A stretch of 64,000 nt of DNA, taken from assembly GCF_006345805.1 (NCBI RefSeq), contig NC_042999.1, forward strand, positions 49,786,001 through 49,850,000, given 5' to 3'. Positions 54,088 to 64,000 of this stretch are shown here, in pieces. Below the pieces are notes generated by a model, which was not told the origin of the DNA, made no database searches, and saw nothing but the letters and a program-made list of their open reading frames with translations. The stretch is from Octopus sinensis. Lineage: Eukaryota. A program made the position numbers and the translations under genes. Each line of letters begins with the position of its first letter. Position 1 is the first letter of the stretch.

Positions 54088-54609
54088 ACACAAGCTTATT
54101 TCTTCTTTCTTGAATATCTGAATCCTTATGTTAAAGTAAAAAGTAAATTTTGTTATGTGATTTTGTAACATCTATTAGTAGGAATTACAACTGTGTTTCG
54201 TGGTCGGCTACCACAACAGCTTTTTTATAGGGTCCAGTTAGCTCAAGACATCATCAGGAGGAACCACGTCTGGTTTCGGCCCCTACTCCTCTACTGTTTT
54301 CACGTGCTGGGGCCCCTCCTTTCAGAAGTGTCTTCAGCTCTGGTGTTGGGTGCAGGTCTTCTTTCTTCTTCTTTCTTCTGTTCTCTGGCCTCTTCAGTGT
54401 AGGGTCAACTAGTGTCAGCTGGCGACTGACTGACTTGTCAAATTTATCCCTTTAAATATGACAAGTCAGTCAGTTGCCGGCTGACACTTGTTGACGCTAC
54501 ACCGAAGAGACCAGGGAACACAAGCTTATTTCTTCTTTCTTGAATATCTGAATTCTCGTGTTAATGTAAAAAATAAAATTTTGTTATAAAATCACATATC
54601 TACTAGTAG
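54088..54609. repeat. GC-rich insert with terminal hairpin between about 92-bp direct repeats
   Basis: Direct repeats 54088-54181 and 54518-54609; hairpin 54379-54446 vs 54453-54520. Confidence 0.9.
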
Positions 54610-54796
54610 TTATTAACTGGACAAAATTTACAATTTAGGATTCATCAGACATAATCTTTACTGACAATAACTTCTCTTTAATAATTTTTATTTTGAGAAA
54701 ATTCCTATGCAGATTATTTTTCTCTGTTTGAACTAATTATATATGTCTAATGTCCAAAGTTTCAACAACTTGAAATGTAAATATGAATTTTATTTG

Positions 54797-55426
54797 TTAC
54801 TTATTTCAGTCATTGGACTGTGGCCATGCTGGGGCACTGCTTTTAGTAGTTTAGTGGAACAAACTGACCGGAGGGCTTTTCTATTTGTTTCTTTTTAAAG
54901 CCTGTTACTTATTCTATTGGTCTCTTTTGCTAAACCACTAAGTTACAGGGACATAAACACACCAACACAGATTGGCAAGCAGTGGTGAATGACAAATACA
55001 AGCACATATAGATATTATGTCTGTCTATATATATATATTCTTTTACTTGTTTCAGTCATTTGACTGCGGCCATACTGGAGCACTGCTTTTAGTCAAACAA
55101 ATCAACCCCAGGATTATTCTTTGTAAGCCTAGTACTTATTCTATAGGTCTCTTTTGCTGAACCGCTAAGTTATGGGAATGTAGATACATCATCACTTGTC
55201 AAGCGACAAATACAGACACACACACACACACACACGCACATATATATATAAATATATATATATATGACAGGCTTCTTTCAGGTTCCATCTACCAAATCAC
55301 TCACAAGGCTTTGGTCAGCCTGAGGCTACAGCAGAAGACACTTGCCCAAGGTGCCACACAGTGGGACTGAACTCAGGACTATGTTGTTGGGATGCAAGCT
55401 TCTTATCATACAGTCACTCCTGTGCC
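54797..55426 (-). mobile_element. SINE family A, nested/tandem pair (old tail half 54797-55005 plus younger copy 55038-55426)
   Basis: Two tail halves and one head half, reverse complement. Confidence 0.85.
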
Positions 55427-55787
55427 TTATATATTGGAAAATGTGTAAAATCCTTAGTACAGTTAGGTATATTGGAATAAGGAAAACAATGACATCACTG
55501 GTAATTCTAATTAATTTAATTTTCTAATCTGTATATATAAAAAACAGGATGTGTGTGTGTGTGTGTGTGTGTGTACGTGAATGTAATTTATGCACATGCA
55601 TAAATTAGCATGCATGGTGCTCAAATTTTAGGAGGACATTCGTCACGACCCTAGGTGTATTTTCGTCAAATTATTTTCCCCTGGGGCACCAGCGAATAGC
55701 GGTAAAAATAATTTTGAACCATAACTTCTAACAATTTTCAAGTCGTATGTATGTATGTAAGTGTATATATGTATATAGCTATGTATG

Positions 55788-55820
<33 letters not shown>

Positions 55821-55978
55821 GTATGTATACTTTTTGCTTGTTTATATGTAGGGAAGTAAATATGTGAGCTAGCATGATCTCTTCACCACCTCCCCTCCCA
55901 AACCAAGATATGAATATAAAAAATACATTTCTATCAACAAGCATTCCAAGTCTACCCTTAGGTTTTTGTTTTTTCGTC

Positions 55979-56046
<68 letters not shown>

Positions 56047-56631
56047 ATCATCCCATTTTTATCAAAAGACATGTATCTTATACCTCCTTAACATTCACTA
56101 CCCCCAGACACACACCTAAACTCATCTTTATTATAGAAAATTACTGAAGTTACTCTTTATAAAATTAATGTAGTTGATTCAGCCATAAGAGAATCTGAAA
56201 AACACTTGACCATTATATTTTCCACCAAATGAAACCAACAGAAGGAAACTTTCACAAACCCTTCATAAAACACTCCTTAAACATCCCACCACCTCCTAAT
56301 TCCACCCTCAATCAATTATCTTCTTTTTACCATTCAATAATTTCTTTCAGCTCTGATTCATCACACACTTATTCACTCACACACTTATTACAACACAACC
56401 TGAAGATCAGTTTGGGAACTGCCACCTATGAATGTGAGAAAGTTCTCCAGAAAAGTTAACAAGGAATCTTTTAAAAAATCTCCCCTCCAAAGTTAACAAA
56501 GAACTTACCAGATCTACAAATTAAGCTGTAAAATGAGATTATATATTATTAGAAAGAAAATTAATTAGAACTACCAGTGAAGTCACTCTTTTCCTTTTTC
56601 AAATATATATATATATATATATATACATACA

Positions 56632-56925
56632 CTAGCTGTTGTACCCGGCATTGCTTACTCATCAATTTTCATCAAAATTGGACAAACAGTGCAAAAGCTG
56701 CAGGAAAAATAACATCGTTATGGGAATTTCCATTTAAACGCCCGATTGAACTCATAAAAATCGATGCCAACTGAGCATTATCGAGTTTTCAAGAAATTCC
56801 TGCCTTATTTGAACTTCAGGGCATGTGATCAACCTATATGCCAAAAATCATTGAAATCAGTTGGACGGTTTGGGAGGAGTTAGAGTAACCCCAAGCACAC
56901 ACACATAATGGACTGTTGAAATCTA
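56632..56925 (-). mobile_element. Probable non-autonomous Helitron
   Basis: actagctgttgtacccggcattgc resembles the Helitron 3' ends above; distal end approximate. Confidence 0.55.
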
Positions 56926-57306
56926 TGAGTTTTATTTATTTTTTCCCTGCTTATTTTCTCTTATTCCTTTCTGTTGGAGAGCATAGGCTTGAAACATAAA
57001 ATACTTTTTCATTTTTCCCGAGAGTCAAACTAATACACTTGCTTGTTGTTCACACACCTGTCATCATCTTTTGTTTTCCTATAAATTTCAACTATACATT
57101 CTTTTATTCTTCTTTTACTTGTTTGTCATTTGACTGCAGCCATAAGCTTTATACATTTGTTTGTGCATTACAGACTTACAGCCATTTCTGATATCCATTA
57201 TTGGTGCGTTCATGTTTCAGTTTACTCAATCGATCAACTGAACAATTGAAAATATGGAGAATGCCCATTAAAATGCTATCATCATTAAAGTCCAAGTAAT
57301 CAACAT

Positions 57307-57359
<53 letters not shown>

Positions 57360-58556
57360 AAGAAAGGGAGAGTATGTATGTGTATGCATCTGTGTGGAAG
57401 TGTATACATGCATATATGATGATGAACTTCTGGAGTTTCAATGCACATGACTGACTGAGTAAAACTAATGTTTAAATCAATGGTCCGTACAAAATTTTGT
57501 GGGTCCACACGACTAAACAGTAAATTGAGGATCCACGATAATAGTTTAAGGATTACTCAACAAACTTTGCTTTTGATGCATGTATTGGTATTTATTGCAA
57601 GAAACAGCTAAGTTTCTTTCTCTAGCATTTTACATAGTTCAACCTACACAAGCTAATGTGTAAAATACAGACTAGCAATTTTGGAAGAAGATTCTGTAAA
57701 ACTAGTTTTTAAATATCAAATGGCTATGGGGGTCCTCTAGAATAAAGTAATAATCAATAAGGTCCATAGATAGAAAATGGTTGGGGACCCCTGGTTTAAA
57801 TTAACAATATGCTGCCTTTGCTGATGAATGAACTCCTGAATTTTGCATTACAAAGTTCAGAATTTGAACAACTCAGACACTGTATCATAAAGAGAATCTC
57901 TGAAATGCTTTTTTCTTTTGAGAGAATTTAAAAGAACATCTCCGTGTAAGATTTTTTTACTATCACTGTTGCATTTAACATCACTATATCTCTATTGATA
58001 CCATGAGTTAACAAGTGAACGTTTATATGGTTGCTAACCTGATAGAAAAAGCAGCCAAATTTCTCTCAAATCACACTATATATCATTAAATAATGTGATC
58101 CTGGGTTCTCTGCACAAAGGGAAAAAACAACGGTGATGACTGGAATGCCTTTAGGTATAGGTCTGTTCAGAGTTGAAGTGGGGCTGAACAATAACAACCA
58201 GAGATAACAAATAGAAATTAAGATCCCTGTTTGGAAAAAATAAACCAGTCCAAACCATTAGTCACTTGAGTTTTTTCTTTCCCCGTTAATGGATTCCCCT
58301 TGAGAAATAATACTAAGAATATACAGTAAGTGTTAAAAAAGTGGCAAGATTTGATAGAAAATATGAATCAGTGAGATTCATAGGAAAACAATGTAAAAAA
58401 CTTAAGTTTTTAAAGAAATAAAAGTAGTTGATTATGAAGCAAATTGACTAGTTAAGAAAATCTCTATAAGAGATAAAAGCAATAACTATACTGAGAATTA
58501 ACATTTATTGCCACTTAAACATAGCTGTTCCACAGGAACCGATGTTACCACTATAT

Positions 58557-58856
58557 ATATCGAAGGTAGTGTAGTACAATTTTTTCATGCTACTTCATTT
58601 TATTGTAAGTATTACATCAGTTTTAAAATGTCGAGCAATCTTCAGCCACATATAGAATTTTTTAATTAAATGGACAATGTACATTTTTATACTTATTTCA
58701 TTATTTCAATGAAATAAGTATAAAAATGTACATTGTCCATTTAAAAAATTCTATATGTGGCAGAAGATTGCTCGACATTTTAAAACTGATGTAATACTTA
58801 CAATGTTTAATAAAATGAAGTAGCATGAAACGATTGTACTACACTACCTTAGATAT
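58557..58856. repeat. Long palindrome, arms about 146 bp, 5-nt loop, hammerhead-like motif in each arm
   Basis: 58557-58702 is the reverse complement of 58708-58856 with few mismatches and indels. Confidence 0.95.
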
Positions 58857-59177
58857 GCTTGTTGCTTATTATGATTATAATCACCCCATTTGATTTATAT
58901 GGATAATACCATACCAAATTCTGGTGCCTTTAACGTAAGTACCATATTCATCTGAATATATATATATATATGTATATATCTTTAAAAAAGGAGATGTAGA
59001 ACACGAGTTGTGATATATAAAAAAGGAAATGAAGAAAATGCTGACAAAATAATTTAAGTAAGGGAGAGTGTATTTAATTAGGTGAAAGTTCTTTTTACCG
59101 GTTGCGCATTTGTTATGCTTATCAAAAGATATTTTTTTAAGAGATAGAGTTCCTTTCTAATAGATTTTTTTCTCTTA

Positions 59178-59223
<46 letters not shown>

Positions 59224-59625
59224 GTACATATTGCATCAAGTAACCAACTGGTGAAAGTGTTCTCTTGAGGTTAAAAATAGCAGTAGCATCAGTTATTATG
59301 CAACAGCCATGTTTAAGTGGCAGTAAATGTTGCTTATTTGATTATCATTTTTAAGGCTGACATTGGTTGTAAATCTCAAGATAAATTTCAAGAATTGGTA
59401 TATTTGTTAACTTAATCTTAAAATTTATGTATGGTTCAGGGCTAGACATAATTTGTGGCAGATACAATTAGCTTATAGCAACATTGTAAAATAGACATTA
59501 AAATAATAATGTTGATGATGACAGGGATAATAAAAATCAGTTATAATTAGAACAGGAGAAGGATTTACACCAATATACACTCATAATGCATAAAATAAAC
59601 TGTATAAATTGTTTATGAGACTAAC

Positions 59626-59764
59626 CAGCAATATCCTCTTCATCTTTTTGGATCTGAGACTGGTCTAAAAGAATCTTGGTGCTGTCAACAAATGCTCGGT
59701 AGTAACCTTCTAAAAGAGCAATGAAATCTGGGACATCATCATTGAGAAGTCCTACACAAAGTGC
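59626..59764 (-). CDS. Internal coding exon, end of FERM C-lobe of a FERM/PDZ-domain protein (FRMPD4/FRMPD1-like)
   Basis: Acceptor ttttctttccag, donor g|gttag, 139 nt, phase 0 in/1 out. Translation ALCVGLLNDDVPDFIALLEGYYRAFVDSTKILLDQSQIQKDEEDIA. LxGYYRxxVD resembles the last helix of FRMPD-type FERM domains (from memory, no search). Upstream exons not found in the window. Confidence 0.8.
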
Positions 59765-59968
59765 CTGGAAAGAAAATGTAAAAATAATATAAGCAACTGC
59801 TCATTACGAATTGAAAACAAATTGTTAAAATGATCTTTTACTTTATTTTTACTGAACATCTTTAACAAGGTAAAGTCTAAAACCAATTTCAAAAATTATT
59901 TTTGAAATTGCTTTTAGACTTTTGTTACTTTTAGTTACTTTTGTTAACATTTTCTTCAACTGCTTTAA

Positions 59969-60200
59969 GGCGGCGTGCTGGCAGAAACATTAGCGCACCG
60001 GGCGAAATGCTTAGTGGTATTTCGTCTGCCGTTACGTTCTGAGTTCATATTCCGCCAAGGTTGACTTTGTCTTTCATCCTTTCGGGGTCGATAAATAAAG
60101 TACCAGTTACACACTGGGGTCGATGTAATTGATTTAATCCCTTTGTCTGTCCTTGTTTGTTCCCTCTTTGTTTAGCCCCTTGTGGGCAATAAAGAAATAA
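59969..60200 (+). mobile_element. SINE family B
   Basis: Full-length match to the 6632 copy. Confidence 0.9.
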
Positions 60201-61467
60201 TATTCCTCAACCGCTGTTTTAGTTAGTTGATTTTTCAGACTGCATTAATTTGTCTAATTCTTGGCAATTTCTCTATTGAGGATAATCTGTCTAGAATCCA
60301 TATTATATTGTGAGAAAAAAAAAATTCTTGTTGACTCCCAAACTGTATCAAAAACATAACACTCCATAATAATGCTGCATTCTCTTTAATCTCTGGTTCA
60401 CTTTCAAATTGTGGCTAAAGGGAATTATATTTTGTTTGGAACAATTTGCTAATAGACAGACTATATTGCAAGATCTACAGTGCAGAAATAATCAATAAGC
60501 TATCATGTTTAGGTACGATTAATTTTACAAATGAGATGGCTAAATAACTTTGGTTAAAGTACTGGTGATTGGAACTGGTGAAGTAGGTTCGATTTTGTTT
60601 TTATAATCAAGGTTTTATTTTCAGCCTGTTTCCATTTACTGGTAATAAAACATTGCAAAATTAGTATAATAAATTAATGGCTGATGGCTTAGACTTTCAA
60701 TTAGAAGTTGGCTGAAAATCTTGTAATGAATTTAATTCACACTGTCTCTTAATAGATGGAATCAATGAAACAGCAACACTAATCAGTTTTACATCAGCAA
60801 TTTGGCTGGCATTCTAAAAATAATTGCTAATGTTATTATAACTAACAAGCATGGGCCAGCAGGGGAGCTTCTCTGTGGTTATTCAGTTTGCTAGAATAAG
60901 CTAGTTGAGTAACCAAAACTAAGTATCCCTCAAAGAAAACAGTTTGATGGTAACAGCTGGAATCACTTTGGTCACAGGACAGCTCACTGGACCAAGTACA
61001 AGACATAAAGCTGCAAAGCAACTGATTGTGACAATAACGACAATGAAAAAAAACATCCTCGTTTCTGTGTGTCGTTCCAAAGTTTTAGCACTGTATAGAA
61101 AATGTTATAAAAGAAGAATAATTTACGTAAGACATTGGGATTTTAATCAAGGTCGTTACTCTTCTGTTCTGTAACTCATTAAATCTATTGCAGATATCGC
61201 TAATACATGCTGTTTGTACATAGAATATTCATTAAGTATTTAATCATGTTGTTAACTAATGCAAGAAATGCAGATTAGTTTAGTCATTTCAGATAGCTTC
61301 ATGTTTGTTGTTGATTCAAACAAAAATTTCTGTCTAGATCTCTTCATAAGGCAAAAGGGTGAGGAGAACTTATCAGCTGCAGAGTGGCTAACCTACCATG
61401 AAACATCAGGACACACACTCTCTCTCTCTCTTTATCTTCTTTTTCTGCATGCAAAGAGAATAGTATA

Positions 61468-61698
61468 TATTTCTTTACTACCCACAAGGGGCTAAACACA
61501 GAGGGTACAAACAAGGACAGACAAAGGGATTAAGTCGATTACATCGACCCCAGTGCGTAACTGGTACTTAATTTATCGACCCCGAAAGGATGAAAGGCAA
61601 AGTCGACCTTGGCAGAATTTGAACCCAGAACGTAACGGCAGACGAAATACCGCTAAGCATTTCGCCCGGTGTGCTAACGTTTCTGCCAGCTCGCCGCC
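61468..61698 (-). mobile_element. SINE family B with 15-bp TSD
   Basis: Reverse-complement copy; TSD aaagagaataRtata at 61453-61467 and 61699-61713. Confidence 0.92.
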
Positions 61699-62226
61699 AA
61701 AGAGAATAATATATACAATATATGTGCTTACTTTCCGCAGTAAAATATAGGTTAAATAAAAATAAATGCACCCTTTTAAAGCCTAGCCAGGCTCATGGGC
61801 CCAGTTTCCTGGTTTCTATGGCGTATGTGTTCCCCAGCTGGATGGAACACCAGTCCATCACAGTGTTACTCATTTCTGCCAGCTGAGTGGACAGGAGCAA
61901 TGTGAAATGAAGTGTTTGGTGCTGACACCCTAACCACTAAGCCACGAAACTATAGGTTAATTACATTTATATCTATCTTAGATTTTCTAATATATAGCAT
62001 TTGCACATAACATGTATGTGCAGGTGTCAAAGAATGACAGACTACTCAAGTTTCACCAGTGGATGATCATGGCAGCTGTATTCAACCAAGGATAAAATCC
62101 AAGTAAACTGTCATATTTTTTATAAACATATCTGTCCACTCTATCCACTGTAGTGAGCTCTATATCAGATAATGTTTGATCTATACATAATATATACATT
62201 CTACAGACCTTACATTCTGATAAAAG

Positions 62227-62445
62227 CAAAATCAAACACACATACACGAGGTGTGTGTGTTGTTAGTTCATGGGTCGACTGCACTTTAGGCATAACAGTA
62301 TACTTTCTCAATGTACCTGCTTCCCTATAATTTACTTTCAGGTGTTTTTAACACCAGGCACATTGAGAAAGTATTCTCTTATGCCTAAAATGCACCTGAC
62401 CCACAAACTAACAACACACACATCTTGTGTATGTGTTTGATTTTG
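62227..62445. repeat. Inverted repeat, arms about 92 bp, 35-bp spacer
   Basis: 62227-62319 vs 62355-62445. Confidence 0.9.
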
Positions 62446-62484
62446 TCTATATACCTCAGGCTGCTACTAATTCTGAGCTGAGAT

Positions 62485-62630
62485 GCTGAGACCCCCTTCG
62501 GTCATGACTTACCATGGGATTGCACCTAGAAAGTTACCCTCCCAGGCACAAGTCCAGGAAAGGTTGTTTATGGAAGACCAGCAATCTCCCATGCATACCA
62601 GCCTCCCCTCTCCATGCCACCGATGTTATA
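62485..62630. mobile_element. Interspersed repeat fragment, possibly a LINE 5' UTR
   Basis: GC-rich segment (catgcataccagcctcccctctccatgccaccgatgtt) recalled from RTE-type 5' regions; single copy here. Confidence 0.4.
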
Positions 62631-63290
62631 CATGAATACATATACATACATACATACACATACATATATATATACATGCATAAAAATATATATACATATA
62701 TGCATACATACATAGAAACATACATACATACATACATATATACATACATATAAATACATACATACAAACATATATATACATATATGTATATGTACCACCC
62801 ACACACCAGCACTGACCAATTCCCATCCCCACATTTTCACACCTACACGTACACACACGTACATGCCAAGATCACCAGCTCTCTTTCACACGCACATACA
62901 TACTCTCTTACACACATGCGCACCTTTGTTTTAGGATCACTACAACGTTATCTCCCCTACTTCTTTGCTTTCCTGTGTGACCCTTCTGTCCGGCATTCAC
63001 CATGATAGATCAGTAGCCAGTACACACATTTTTTTTCTCTTTGTTTCTTTCTATGTTCCTTTCTGTGGATGAGCGTAGGCTTGAAACGTTAAAGATTTTT
63101 TCAATTCCCGAGCGTTATACTAATACATCTGTTTGTTTTCTACACCACCTGTCTTCGTCTTATGCATATATGTATATATATATGCATATATGTATATATA
63201 TGCATATATGTATGCATATATGTATATATATGCATATATGTATGCATATATGTATATATATATGCATATATATATGTATGCATGTATATA

Positions 63291-63675
63291 TCTCTCTTTA
63301 TATAAACGGCAGTTTGTCTGTGTGTGTTTCTGTGTGTCTGTTTGGTTGTACCCTCACTCTGACCACGGCTTTCAACCGATTCTGATGAAACTTGACACAC
63401 ACATAGCCCAATGTCATAATTCAAAACTAACGCAGCGAAAATTTTGAAAAGTTCCCCCAGTTCTGAAAAAGATCGATAAATTCGACATGGGGTCGACAAT
63501 CAGAAACACAAACCACAGATGGTCATGGGGACGCAACTCGACCTTTTTAACTATCAAAAAAAAATTACCATCATTTTTTTCCCCATTTTTTTGCTATTTT
63601 TTTGCTATAACTCTCTAAAAATGCTTTATAGTTATTTCCCTTACAAACCCGAGCAACGCCGGGCGATACTGCTAG
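63291..63675 (+). mobile_element. Non-autonomous Helitron, family H1
   Basis: Near-identical to 3343-3712, same termini. Confidence 0.9.
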
Positions 63676-63777
63676 TGTATATATAAAACTTACTTGGAAG
63701 AGGATGCGTGGCATTCAATCATATAATAATATCAATAACATATATATAATATATATGCATACGTATATGTACATACA

Positions 63778-63825
<48 letters not shown>

Positions 63826-64000
63826 TATGTGGGCACACATATCCTCTTCCAAGTAAGTTTTATCTCACGATCCTTTTACTCTTTCGTTTTTCTCTCTTTC
63901 TCTCTCTTATTCTTTTACCTCCTCTTCTCCCACTGTTCTACCCTACTACTCTGTCACTCTCTCTCCCTCACTCCTCCCCCTTTGCTCACGTGGCTTCCAC

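Noticed and set aside
59626-59764. JAK or FAK kinase identity for the GYYR exon
   Set aside because: Those FERM domains have a similar helix, but the following exons show no SH2 or kinase sequence; not formally excluded without a search.

Overview
AT-rich, microsatellite-laden eukaryotic DNA. The SINE families look like those of Octopus (coleoid cephalopod); this assignment is by recognition, not by search. Nearly the whole window is intronic sequence of one minus-strand gene. Four phase-compatible coding exons (59626-59764, 42996-43195, 36602-36650, 12873-13595) encode the end of a FERM C-lobe (LLEGYYRAFVD), a PAYDGKHRVIPNHWSY motif and a long acidic/Ser/Gly-rich disordered region, best matching a FERM-and-PDZ-domain protein (FRMPD4/FRMPD1-like). 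The introns hold about 18 near-complete copies of one tRNA-headed SINE, two further SINE families, RTE-tailed non-autonomous elements with internal minisatellites, non-autonomous Helitrons, a Helitron helicase relic, piggyBac- and hAT-type MITEs and decayed RTE LINE fragments. Almost all ORFs in the supplied track are repeat artefacts. Most notable are several unrelated long palindromes (arms about 65-175 bp) and short elements carrying hammerhead-ribozyme-like cores, probably Penelope-like/retrozyme remnants; at 58557-58856 the two arms together reconstruct a near-complete type I hammerhead fold. Also notable: an apparent SINE 3' transduction with source and daughter both in the window, and one SINE head joined to three different bodies. 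Repeat boundaries are approximate unless termini or target-site duplications (TSDs) are quoted.
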